DNA of 33,539 nucleotides from Thermoflexaceae bacterium (GCA_043741475.1 JAYUAG010000008.1:1-33539), one strand, 5' to 3'. Shown: positions 16,987-24,864, counted from the stretch's first letter. Numbers and translations: made by a program. The notes: generated from the sequence alone by a model not told the origin.

Positions 16987-18165
16987 TTACCGGGCGATGA
17001 CGCTCCGGCGGAGCGCCGCGAGCAGCCGGGCGGAAACTTCCATGTGAAGAAGTCGTCCGCGGGGGGTGAGCCGGAGCGAGCCAGCGGAATCGTCCAGGAC
17101 GCCGGCTCCGCTGAGGGCGAGAATCTCTTCGCCCGCGGCAACCACCAACGTCAGGCCGAAGCGCGCCTCGAAGGCGGCGGGTTGGAAGCCCTCGATGAGG
17201 CGAAGAGAGGTTTCGAGCCAATCGCCCATAGCCGTGGTCTCGTCGGGCCGGTAGCGGCTGACGATGGCCGGCCGGGCGGCGAAGCCGTAACGTCCGAGCA
17301 GGGCACGGTTGTACTGCCGGGGATGGGCGATGTTCTCGTAGCGGTCGCCCGCAAGGTAGCCATGGGCGCCGGCGCCGAGGCCGAGGTAGTCGCCGCCCGT
17401 CCAATAGACGAGGTTGTGGCGGCTCTCGTGGCCGGGCCTGGCCCAGTTCGAGAGTTCATAGTGGCTGTAGCCAGCGGCCTGCAGCCGGGCGCCCGCAGCC
17501 TCGTACATATCCGCAACACGGTCGTCATCGCAGGGCTCAACGTCGCCTCTCGCGACGGAGGCCGCCAGGGGGGTGCCCTCTTCGACGGTGAGGGCGTAGC
17601 AGGAGAGATGGTCTGGATCGAGGGCGAGCGCGGCCGCCAGAGATGTCTCCCAGGCTGCTGGCGACTGTCCGGGTAGCCCATAGATGAGGTCCAGCCCGAC
17701 GCTGGCGATGCCGGCACGACGGGCGTTCGCGACCGACGCGGCGGTCGCTTCCGGGGAGTGCACGCGGTCGAGGAACTGGAGTTCGGCGGCGGCGAAACTC
17801 TGGGCGCCGAAGGAGACACGGTTGACGCCGGCCTCACGGAGTTCGAGCAACTGGTCAAACGAGGTCGTGCCGGGGTTCGCTTCGAGCGAAATCTCCGCGC
17901 CTGTGCCGCCCGTGGTCAGCGTCCGCACGGCGCCGATGACGGCGGCAAGCGCGGTGGCCGGGAACTCGCCGGGCGTGCCACCGCCGAAGCTGATGCTGCC
18001 CAACGGCCGCCCCTCGAGGACATCGCGCCAGGCTTCGACCTCGGCAATAAGGGCGCGGCCGTAGTCGCCCTTAAGCGCGTCCAGCCCGGCGTAGGTATTG
18101 AAGTCGCAGTAGCCGCATTTCACAAGGCAGAAGGGGATGTGGACGTAGACGGCGATGGGGGTCAT
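16987..18165 (-). CDS. hemW: Radical SAM heme chaperone HemW (HemN-like, oxygen-independent coproporphyrinogen oxidase family)
   Basis: The N-terminus VYVHIPFCLVKCGYCDFNTY carries the CxxxCxxC radical-SAM cluster motif. Length is ~390 aa with a HemN_C-like tail. It has an ATGA overlap with the upstream gene. Confidence 0.9.
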   Translation of the reverse strand: MTPIAVYVHIPFCLVKCGYCDFNTYAGLDALKGDYGRALIAEVEAWRDVLEGRPLGSISFGGGTPGEFPATALAAVIGAVRTLTTGGTGAEISLEANPGTTSFDQLLELREAGVNRVSFGAQSFAAAELQFLDRVHSPEATAASVANARRAGIASVGLDLIYGLPGQSPAAWETSLAAALALDPDHLSCYALTVEEGTPLAASVARGDVEPCDDDRVADMYEAAGARLQAAGYSHYELSNWARPGHESRHNLVYWTGGDYLGLGAGAHGYLAGDRYENIAHPRQYNRALLGRYGFAARPAIVSRYRPDETTAMGDWLETSLRLIEGFQPAAFEARFGLTLVVAAGEEILALSGAGVLDDSAGSLRLTPRGRLLHMEVSARLLAALRRSVIAR

Positions 18166-18875
18166 GTCCAGGCTGCTTCGCGCGCGAAGATGGTGGAGAA
18201 CTCGGCGACGCGGTGGGTGGTGATCGCGGCGACACCCAAGGCGGCGAGCTCACGCGCGCGTGCCTCGTCGTCAACGGTCCAGGCGACGACGGCCATGCGC
18301 GCCTGGTGGAGCCGGTCGATCACTGCCGGAGTGAGGAGGGATTCGCGGCAGGAGACGCCGCGCGGCAGGCCATCGCGCTCGAGGACCGTGAAGAAGAGGT
18401 CGAGCTTCGCGGGAACGTCGATCGAATAGAAGAGGTCGACCGCCGGGCAGAGGCGGGCAAGCGGGCGCAAACTCAACCAGGACTGCGACGAGGCGGCGAC
18501 GCGCGCCCCGGGCGCGCAGCTCTGGAGGAGCGAGCCGATGAGCGGGCCAGCGCGAACGCCGCCGTTCTTGAGGTCGAGGAAGAGGCCGGCGCCCGAAGCG
18601 GTGACGGCAGCGAGTTCGGCGGTCGCCGTGGCCTCGCGCGGGAGCCGGGAGAAGTACCACTTCTCGAAGAGCAGGGGCACATGCAGGGGGAAGCGACGCT
18701 CGTGGCGGACTTCGAGCGCGCCTTCATGCACCCAGAGGTCTACTTCGACGTAGTCGGCGCCAGCTTCGGCGGCAGCCGCGGCCTGGCCGGGCCGATTGGC
18801 GGCGTGGGCGATGACGGCCGGCGGCGAAAGTCCAGGCCGGAGCGCCGGTGTGGCAAGGCGCAGGGCGGAAGCCAC
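18162..18875 (-). CDS. Glycerophosphodiester phosphodiesterase (GDPD)-family protein, divergent
   Basis: Motifs VIAHAANRP...GADYVEVDLWVHEGALEVRHE and VVAWTVDD resemble the GDPD TIM barrel. The canonical HRG and ENT motifs are not intact. The GTG start at 18875 overlaps the Crp-family stop by 1 nt. Confidence 0.6.
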   Translation of the reverse strand: MASALRLATPALRPGLSPPAVIAHAANRPGQAAAAAEAGADYVEVDLWVHEGALEVRHERRFPLHVPLLFEKWYFSRLPREATATAELAAVTASGAGLFLDLKNGGVRAGPLIGSLLQSCAPGARVAASSQSWLSLRPLARLCPAVDLFYSIDVPAKLDLFFTVLERDGLPRGVSCRESLLTPAVIDRLHQARMAVVAWTVDDEARARELAALGVAAITTHRVAEFSTIFAREAAWT

Positions 18876-19639
18876 TACCCGGCCGCGGGCGTCACGGCGA
18901 CGGGCACGGGGTGGCGGGGGGAGACGGAGACCACGCCACGAGCAATATCTTCGAGCAGTTCGTTCTGCCCGAGGACGTAGCCGTCGGCGACGGGGACGAT
19001 CGCACCGAGGGCGACGAAGCGGCTGAGCAGCGCCGTGACGCTCTCCCGGCTCGTGCCAATGGTCTGGGCCAGTTCTGCATGGGTGAGGCCCAGGCGGACG
19101 ACGCCGTCCTCCTCACGACGCTGCTGGAGCATGTCGGCGAGGCGGGCGGAGACCGGCTTCGAAACCAAGTTGAGGATGGTGCGCTGCATGCGCACGACGC
19201 GGCGCGCCATAAGTTCGGCCATCGCGAAACCGAGGCGGGGCGACTGTTGGACGAAGTAGGAGAAGTCCTCCCAGGAGATGGTGACGGCCACAGCGTCGTC
19301 GAGCGCCTGGGCACAGGCGGTGCGTTCGCCGTCTTCGACGACGGCCATGTCGCCGACGACGCCGCCCTTGCCAACGATGTCGAGGATGATCTCCTTACCG
19401 TTCTCCGCGACCTGGTAGACCTTCACGCGTCCCTTGAGGACGAGGTAGACGCGCTCCGGGGGGTCGCCGGCGAGGAACAATTGTTGACGAGGGCGAAAAG
19501 AGCGCTCGGAGAGGAGCGGGATGAGGCGTTCGAGTTCTTCATCGTCGAGGACGTTGAGGAGACGGCTCCACTGGCGGAGATACCAGGCGATGGAGCGTTT
19601 GAGGGCCTGGCGGCCTCGTTGGCTGACAGCGGCGGTCAT
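18875..19639 (-). CDS. Crp/Fnr-family transcriptional regulator
   Basis: It has a cNMP-binding-like beta-roll (FLAGDPPERVYLVLKGRVKVY) and a C-terminal helix-turn-helix (LTHAELAQTIGTSRESVTALLSRF). There is an ATGA overlap with the upstream gene. Confidence 0.88.
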   Translation of the reverse strand: MTAAVSQRGRQALKRSIAWYLRQWSRLLNVLDDEELERLIPLLSERSFRPRQQLFLAGDPPERVYLVLKGRVKVYQVAENGKEIILDIVGKGGVVGDMAVVEDGERTACAQALDDAVAVTISWEDFSYFVQQSPRLGFAMAELMARRVVRMQRTILNLVSKPVSARLADMLQQRREEDGVVRLGLTHAELAQTIGTSRESVTALLSRFVALGAIVPVADGYVLGQNELLEDIARGVVSVSPRHPVPVAVTPAAG

Positions 19640-20475
19640 GCGAGCCCCTCAGTCGTCCGGCTCCGAAGGCGGAGCTCGTCCAGTAGTCTGCGTGCGCCGG
19701 CGCTGACGGATTCCGGCGCCGAGGCCTCTATATAGCGTTGAAGATCCGCGAGCGCCTGCTCGTGTTTCCCCATCCGGTAATACACCATCCCACGCTCTCC
19801 GACGAGTGTCGCGTTCCACGGCTCGATGACGAGGGCAAGTTCGATCACGGCCAGCCAGCGGCGAAAGTCGCGGCGGTCGCGGAAGGTGACGTGCAAGTTG
19901 CGGAGCATTCGCTGGAGGATCTGCCGGCGGGTGACACCGGTGAGGAACGACTCCGGCGACGCGCTGCCGAGCGGCTGACTGCGGAGACGCGCCAGCAGCT
20001 CCTGGGCGTCGAGGCGCACGCCCTGGTGGTACGGGTCGACGAAAAGTGGCGCCTCGGGTTCGCCGCAACGGACGATGAAGTGTCCGGGGAAGCCGATGCC
20101 GTCGCAGCGCAGGCCGATGCGCTGCGCGAGCTCCATGTACACGAGCGAAAGGGTGATGGGCAAGCCGGTGCGGTGTTCTACGACGTGGTCGAGGAAGCTG
20201 TTCTCGGGGTCGTCGTAGGAGGAGCTGTTGCCGTGGAAGCCGCGGACAACGAAAAGTTCGTGGTCGATCGCCTGGGAAAGGGAGCCCGGGTCGGTGCCGT
20301 CGCCGACGCTTTCATGGACGGCCTCGGCCAGGACATCGAGGCGGCGGGCGGTGTCGTGCGGGTCGGTGGGGCGGCCAGAGAGGCGGCAGATGATCATGGC
20401 GGCGCCGAAAAGATCGACGTCGCTATCGCGACCGGCGACGGCCCCCGCGAAATCCTGATAGTCGGCACGATCCAT
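19636..20475 (-). CDS. SirB1/YchA-like transglutaminase-like plus TPR protein (UPF0162 family)
   Basis: The family-typical region is FLDHVVEHRTGLPITLSLVYMELAQRIGL...GFPGHFIVR, followed by a C-terminal TPR-like segment (YYRMGKHEQALADLQRYIE). Confidence 0.75.
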   Translation of the reverse strand: MDRADYQDFAGAVAGRDSDVDLFGAAMIICRLSGRPTDPHDTARRLDVLAEAVHESVGDGTDPGSLSQAIDHELFVVRGFHGNSSSYDDPENSFLDHVVEHRTGLPITLSLVYMELAQRIGLRCDGIGFPGHFIVRCGEPEAPLFVDPYHQGVRLDAQELLARLRSQPLGSASPESFLTGVTRRQILQRMLRNLHVTFRDRRDFRRWLAVIELALVIEPWNATLVGERGMVYYRMGKHEQALADLQRYIEASAPESVSAGARRLLDELRLRSRTTEGLA

Positions 20476-20481
20476 GCTTCG

Positions 20482-20487
20482 AGTATA
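20482..20487 (-). promoter_or_regulatory. Candidate -10 box TATACT, 6 nt upstream of ATG 20475 (leaderless-type geometry)
   Basis: The minus strand reads cgcTATACTcgaagcATG. There is no Shine-Dalgarno sequence and the -35 is weak. Confidence 0.3.
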
Positions 20488-20550
20488 GCGGGCCGAGGGG
20501 CGAGTGATGAGTAACGGGGGTACGTCTCAGAGTTTTTCGTGGAATGGCGG

Positions 20551-20800
20551 TGATGCCCGCGCCAGGCCAGTGCGACCGTTCCACCGCCTCTCTATCACTG
20601 TCCGATGACCACCGTCAGATCCGAACCGCGCGCGTCAGCAAGCGGGCCGTATCGACCCACCCGGGCCCCCACCGTTCCTGGGTGGTTGAGGTGGGTCAAT
20701 ACCACCCGCTCCGTGACCGTGGCGATTCGGACGGAGGAAGTTCGATGAGGACCCGAACGCTAGTCGAAGAGCGCTTCGCCTTCGGCGCTCGTCATCGAGC
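20551..20800 (-). repeat. Tandem structured repeat, unit 1 (~250 bp), containing the shared core and a relic of the permease gene 3' end
   Basis: It aligns base for base with 20801-21047, with roughly 27 differences including small indels (about 89% identity by eye). It contains core 20619-20649 and the hairpin CCACCCGGG (20657-65) / CCTGGGTGG (20677-85). It also holds an in-frame relic, SSMTSAEGEALFD-stop, at 20760-20801 on the minus strand. Confidence 0.9.
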
Positions 20801-20801
20801 T
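20760..20801 (-). pseudogene. Duplicated 3'-terminal fragment of the metal ABC permease gene (14 codons including stop)
   Basis: The minus strand reads AGC TCG ATG ACG AGC GCC GAA GGC GAA GCG CTC TTC GAC TAG. The genuine gene end at 21007-21048 encodes RSMTSAEREALFD-stop. Confidence 0.7.
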
Positions 20802-21047
20802 GATGCCGCGCCGGGCCAGTGCGACCGTTCCGCCGCCCCTTTATCACTGTCCGATGACCACCGTCACATCCCGAACCGCGCGCGTTAGCAAGCGGGTTGT
20901 ATCGACCCACCCGGGCCCCCACCGTTCCCGGGTGGTTGACGTGGGTCACTACTACCCGCTCCGTGACCGTCGCGGTTCGGATGGAGGCGGTCGATGGGCG
21001 GGAACGCTAGTCGAAGAGCGCTTCGCGTTCGGCGCTGGTCATTGAGC
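20801..21047 (-). repeat. Tandem structured repeat, unit 2, overlapping the last 13 codons and stop of the permease CDS
   Basis: A three-tier imperfect hairpin is possible on either strand. The paired arms are CCGAACCGCG 20871-80 with CGCGGTTCGG 20971-80, AGCGGG 20891-96 with CCCGCT 20955-60, and CCACCCGGG 20907-15 with CCCGGGTGG 20927-35. The internal loops are a symmetric 10/10 nt. The core is at 20869-20898. Confidence 0.9.
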
Positions 21048-21891
21048 GTGTCGCGAGCGAGAGCCGGCCGGTCTTGAACCAGGTACGAATCGAAACGGCG
21101 GCGAGGGTGATGCCGAAGAGGGCGGTCGCGAGCAGGACGATGCTGGCGCCAGAGGCGATATCGAACTCATAGCTGAGGAACAACCCGGCGAAGCCGATGA
21201 CGCCGCCCAAAATCGTAGACAGGACGAGCATGCGCGCGAAACGGTCCGTGAGCAGGCGCGCTATCACGGGCGGGATGACGAGCGAGGCGGCGATCAGCGT
21301 GACTCCCATGATCCGAATGGAGGCGATGATTGTGGCGGCGAGGACGAGCGCGAAGAGGGAGTCAAGCCAGCCGCTGCGGACGCCGTAGATGGGGGCCACC
21401 TCCGCGTCGAAGGTGAGGAAAAGAAGCTGTTTATAGAAGAAGAAGACCGCGGCGACGGTGAGCGTGAGCACGCCCGTGATCACCCAGAGGTCGTTGTTGC
21501 TCACCGCCAGCAGGTTGCCAAAAAGGGCAGCGTCGAAGTTCTGGGTGACGCGAGTGGCGCGGCTGATGAGGGCCACACCGACCGCGAAGCTCGCCGTCGT
21601 GATGATGCCGATGGCGGCGTCAGCGCCGATCTGGCGTCGGCGGGTCGTCTGGTTGATGAGGACGGCCGAGAGAAAGCCCCAGACTCCGGCGGCGAGGTAG
21701 AAGTTGAAGCCGGCGACGTAGCCGACGACCGCGCCGCCGAAGACGGCATGGGACATGCCGTGGCCGATGTAGCTCATGCGGCGGAGGACGACGAAGACGC
21801 CCACGAGGCCGGTGAGCGCGCCGACGAGCGTGGCAGCGACCAGCGCGCGGCGGAAGAATTCGAATGCCAACGGTTCGGTGAAGAAACTCAT
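21007..21891 (-). CDS. Metal (Zn2+/Mn2+) ABC transporter permease, ABC-3 (ZnuB/MntB/TroC) family
   Basis: About 8 hydrophobic helices in 294 aa. It has an ATGA overlap with the upstream ATPase gene and sits in an operon with a cluster A-I binding protein. Confidence 0.9.
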   Translation of the reverse strand: MSFFTEPLAFEFFRRALVAATLVGALTGLVGVFVVLRRMSYIGHGMSHAVFGGAVVGYVAGFNFYLAAGVWGFLSAVLINQTTRRRQIGADAAIGIITTASFAVGVALISRATRVTQNFDAALFGNLLAVSNNDLWVITGVLTLTVAAVFFFYKQLLFLTFDAEVAPIYGVRSGWLDSLFALVLAATIIASIRIMGVTLIAASLVIPPVIARLLTDRFARMLVLSTILGGVIGFAGLFLSYEFDIASGASIVLLATALFGITLAAVSIRTWFKTGRLSLATRSMTSAEREALFD

Positions 21892-22733
21892 TGAGCGACC
21901 TCCGCATGGTCGTGGCGTTCCATCCGTCCGAGCGCATCGAAGATGTGCGGTGAATCGGCCACGAGCGTCATCCCATCCTTCTGCACAACGACCATCTCGC
22001 CGCCGTAGGTGCGGCGCAGGATCGCAGCGGTGAAGATGTCGGCGGGGCGGCCGTCGGCGACGATACCACGATTGATGCAGACCACGCGTGGCAGGTGGGC
22101 GGCGACGGCGTTCAGTTCGTGCGTGGAGAGCACAACGGTGACGCCCTCGCGGTTGAGCTCGACGAGGAGGTGGAGGATATCGTCGCGCGTCTTGATGTCC
22201 ACGCCGCTGGTGGGTTCGTCGAGCAAGAGGAGGCGCGGATTGCGGATGAGGGCACGGGCGAGGAACACGCGTTGCTGCTGGCCGCCGCTGAGGTTACGAA
22301 TGTGCTGCCGGCGGAACTGGCCGATGTTGAGGCGATCGAGGAGGCGGGCCATATCCTCGCGGTCGCTCGCGCGAGGCCATGGCCAGGGGCCTGAGGTGGT
22401 GGCGCGGCCCATGAGGACGACCTCTTCGACGGTGACGGGGAAGTTCCAGTCGATCGTTTCGAGCTGAGGGACGTACCCGACGGAGGGGCGGCGCGAGCCG
22501 CCAACGTCGCGGCCATCGACACGTGCGCGCCCTGCGTACACCGGGAGCGCGCCCAGCAAGACGCGCAAGAGCGTCGTCTTGCCGGAGCCGCTGGGGCCGA
22601 CGACCCCGACGAACTCGCCCGCCCGGATGTGGAGGTCGACCCCACTGAGTACGGACTTGCCGTCGTAGCCTGAACTGACGCCATCGAGGGCGATGATGTC
22701 AAGGGCTTCCTGGTTCGCGTGCGCGAGCGCCAT
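21888..22733 (-). CDS. Metal ABC transporter ATP-binding protein (ZnuC/MntA/TroB-like)
   Basis: Motifs are Walker A GPSGSGKTT, ABC signature [15 protein letters not shown] and Walker B LLLLDEPTSGVD. Confidence 0.93.
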   Translation of the reverse strand: MALAHANQEALDIIALDGVSSGYDGKSVLSGVDLHIRAGEFVGVVGPSGSGKTTLLRVLLGALPVYAGRARVDGRDVGGSRRPSVGYVPQLETIDWNFPVTVEEVVLMGRATTSGPWPWPRASDREDMARLLDRLNIGQFRRQHIRNLSGGQQQRVFLARALIRNPRLLLLDEPTSGVDIKTRDDILHLLVELNREGVTVVLSTHELNAVAAHLPRVVCINRGIVADGRPADIFTAAILRRTYGGEMVVVQKDGMTLVADSPHIFDALGRMERHDHAEVAQ

Positions 22734-22742
22734 GGCGGCCTC

Positions 22743-23795
22743 CTATCGTTGGAAGGTGTTCGCGACGGGCACCTTCGCGACGTTGTCGGCGTTGCCGCCA
22801 AGGCGGCTGAACATGATGCGCATGTCTTCGACGAGCATGCCAACGTAGGTGTGGTTCACGTCCTTCACCTTGCCTGGGGGCTCGTCGTCGCTCAATTGCT
22901 CCTCGAAGACTGCGCCGCTCTCTTTGGCGATCGTGTCGAGCGTCTTCGAGGGGAAGACTTCGCTGCCGAAGATGGCGGGCACACCTTCGGCCTTGATCTG
23001 CTTGATCAGGTCGGCGACCTCCTTGGCGCTCGGCTCCTTAAAGTCGGACGGCTGAATCGCGCCAAGCACCTCCCAACCGTAGAGGCGCGCCCAGTATGCC
23101 CAGCTGTCATGGTACGTGAGAAGCTTGCGGTTCTTCTCGAGCACGGTGGCCTGGTCCTTCGCGATCGCCGCATCGAGCTGCTTGAGCACCGCTGCGAAAC
23201 GGTCGAAGTTCCCGCGATAGTAGCCGGCGTTCTTCGCGTCGTTCTCGATCAGGGTATCTCGCACGATCTCGGCGTAGCGCAGCGCGTTGCGCGGGCTCAT
23301 CCAGAGGTGCGGGTTCGGCTTCCCTTCGCTTCGCGGAAAGCTGAAGTCATAGAGGAAGCCCGTGTTCGGGTCCTCGCCCTGGAGCGTGTTGTCGGCCAGG
23401 TAGTAGATCTTTTTCGGGTCCTTGAGGTTCTGTTTCGCGATCGCCTCAGTCGTCCCCTCGAGGCTCGCCCCGTTCATGATCAGGAGGCTCGCGCGGCTAA
23501 GCACCGCCGCGTCCGACGGCTTGGGCTCGTAGGTGTGCGAGTCCACACCGTCCGGTATGAGCCCGTGGATAGCGATCCGGTTGCCGCCGATGTTGAGGAC
23601 GATGCTGGTGATGGGGGCAACAGTCGTGGCCACTTTCAGGCGGCCGTCGTTCGCCTTGAAGTCGTTGTGGACGCCAACGAGGCCGTCGCCCACTGGGGCG
23701 TTGGCGCCGTCGTTGCTCGCGTCGCCACCACACGCAGCAGCGATGAGGAAGGCAACAGGCGCGGCGGCCGCGAGCGACAGTGTCCGGATCTTCAA
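22743..23795 (-). CDS. Metal ABC transporter substrate-binding lipoprotein (cluster A-I, ZnuA/TroA/PsaA family)
   Basis: It has the lipobox FLIAAAC and metal-ligand contexts DSHTYEP, NPHLWMSP and TYHDSWAYW (an HD third ligand as in ZnuA/TroA). No His-rich loop is present. I chose TTG 23795, which is preceded by GAGGAG. The track start at 23861 lies inside the operator palindrome and is unlikely. Confidence 0.88.
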   Translation of the reverse strand: MKIRTLSLAAAAPVAFLIAAACGGDASNDGANAPVGDGLVGVHNDFKANDGRLKVATTVAPITSIVLNIGGNRIAIHGLIPDGVDSHTYEPKPSDAAVLSRASLLIMNGASLEGTTEAIAKQNLKDPKKIYYLADNTLQGEDPNTGFLYDFSFPRSEGKPNPHLWMSPRNALRYAEIVRDTLIENDAKNAGYYRGNFDRFAAVLKQLDAAIAKDQATVLEKNRKLLTYHDSWAYWARLYGWEVLGAIQPSDFKEPSAKEVADLIKQIKAEGVPAIFGSEVFPSKTLDTIAKESGAVFEEQLSDDEPPGKVKDVNHTYVGMLVEDMRIMFSRLGGNADNVAKVPVANTFQR

Positions 23796-23822
23796 AGCTG
23801 AGGGCTCCTCGACGTCCGAGCG

Positions 23823-23851
23823 AGTGTAACGGCGTTTGGACGCGCCTGCAA
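23823..23851 (-). promoter_or_regulatory. Candidate sigma-70-type promoter of the metal transporter operon (TTGCAG - 17 nt - TACACT)
   Basis: The minus strand reads TTGCAGgcgcgtccaaacgccgtTACACT, followed ~25 nt later by GAGGAG and the TTG start. Confidence 0.45.
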
Positions 23852-23860
23852 TCAATTGCA
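23847..23860. promoter_or_regulatory. Palindromic operator candidate TGCAAT-CA-ATTGCA (metalloregulator box, Fur/Zur/MntR-type)
   Basis: A perfect 6-2-6 inverted repeat forms an AT-rich island in GC-rich DNA. It overlaps the putative -35 of the metal transporter promoter. Confidence 0.45.
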
Positions 23861-23968
23861 ACTACCAAAGTGGGGCTTATGACAAAGCTCGCAAGTGCAT
23901 TCGAAACGGACCGGGCGCTCCCTCGCAGTCGGGCTAAGGTGGGGCGACGAACGCTCAGCGGTAGCTGA

Positions 23969-23997
23969 TCGACCCCGCGACCGGCGCTCCGTATGGT
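23969..23997 (+). promoter_or_regulatory. Candidate promoter TCGACC - 17 nt - TATGGT, ending 6 nt before GTG 24004 (leaderless-type geometry)
   Basis: The hexamers and spacing were read directly from the sequence. There is no Shine-Dalgarno sequence before the MBL-hydrolase start. Confidence 0.3.
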
Positions 23998-24003
23998 GAC
24001 CGG

Positions 24004-24864
24004 GTGCAGCAGCCAGCCCGCTATCGGATCGGCGCGTTCGACCTGGCGATCGTTTCCGATGGGACGATGCGGCTCGACGGTGGCGCGGTGATGGGGCTCA
24101 TACCGCGTTTGCTGTGGGAGCCTGTCGTGGGCGCGGGCAACATTGACGGCGAACATCGCATACCCCTCGGGCTGAACTGCGTCGTGGCCCGGCGAGGAGA
24201 CGATGTCCTGCTTATCGAGACGGGCCTTGGCGACAAGCTGACGGGCGCGGCGCGCGAGCGCATCTACCCCGGCGACTCGGGCCACCTGCTCGAAGGGATC
24301 GCCGCCCTCGGGCTGGCGCCGGCGGACATCACGGCGGTCGTGAACACCCACCTGCACGCGGACCACTGCGGCTGGAACACCGTGCGTCAGGGCGATGCCA
24401 TCGTCCCCACCTTCCCCCGTGCCCGCTACTTCATCGCCGAGGGAGAATACGAGGCGGCGATGCACCCGAACGAGCGCACGAAGGGCACATACTTCAGCGA
24501 GAACTTTGAGCCGCTCGCGCGGAGCGGGCAGCTGGAACTCGTCACCGGCGAACGGGAACTCGTGCCCGGGGTGACGTTCTTGCCGGCGCCCGGCCATACC
24601 GCGGACCACGGCGTCGTCGCAATCACTTCAGGCGGGGAGACGGCGCTGTACACGGGGGACCTGGCGCATCACGCCGTCCAGTATGAGCGCGACGCCTGGA
24701 TTGCCGCCTTCGACATCCTGCCGCTGGTGAGCCTGGAAACGAAGAAGCGAATCGCGCGGCGGGCGATCGACGAGCACGCCCTGCTGATTTCGCCGCACAA
24801 CGCTTTCCCGGGAGCCGGGCGGCTGATTGAGCGCGACGGCCGCCGGACGTTTGTGCCCGAATGA
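24004..24864 (+). CDS. MBL-fold metallo-hydrolase
   Basis: It carries the HxHxDH motif (NTHLHADHCGWN), downstream His/Asp ligand contexts (PGHTADH, GDLAHH) and a beta-lactamase-fold pattern. The start is GTG. Confidence 0.88.
   Translation: MQQPARYRIGAFDLAIVSDGTMRLDGGAVMGLIPRLLWEPVVGAGNIDGEHRIPLGLNCVVARRGDDVLLIETGLGDKLTGAARERIYPGDSGHLLEGIAALGLAPADITAVVNTHLHADHCGWNTVRQGDAIVPTFPRARYFIAEGEYEAAMHPNERTKGTYFSENFEPLARSGQLELVTGERELVPGVTFLPAPGHTADHGVVAITSGGETALYTGDLAHHAVQYERDAWIAAFDILPLVSLETKKRIARRAIDEHALLISPHNAFPGAGRLIERDGRRTFVPE

Noticed and set aside
20544-21045. ORFs 20544-20888 (+), 20803-21045 (+) and 20635-20949 (-), which give similar peptides.
   Set aside because: Their similarity simply reflects the tandem DNA repeat. 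They have no ribosome-binding site, and small indels between the units break frame conservation, so this is a nucleic-acid-level element rather than a duplicated gene.
20551-21047. The possibility that the tandem repeat is a CRISPR array, a tandem riboswitch or a tRNA/tmRNA-like gene.
   Set aside because: There are only two long (~250 nt) contiguous units with no spacers, so it is not a CRISPR array. I could not match glycine, ZTP, Mn, cobalamin or c-di-GMP aptamer consensus features by eye. The downstream gene appears to have its own promoter, and no cloverleaf or acceptor/CCA features are present. A covariance-model scan is still needed for certainty.
22719-24609. Long ORFs 22719-23801 (+) and 23497-24609 (-).
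   Set aside because: They are antisense to the metal-binding lipoprotein and MBL-hydrolase genes respectively. The second also crosses the promoter region. Both are Arg-rich with no motifs.
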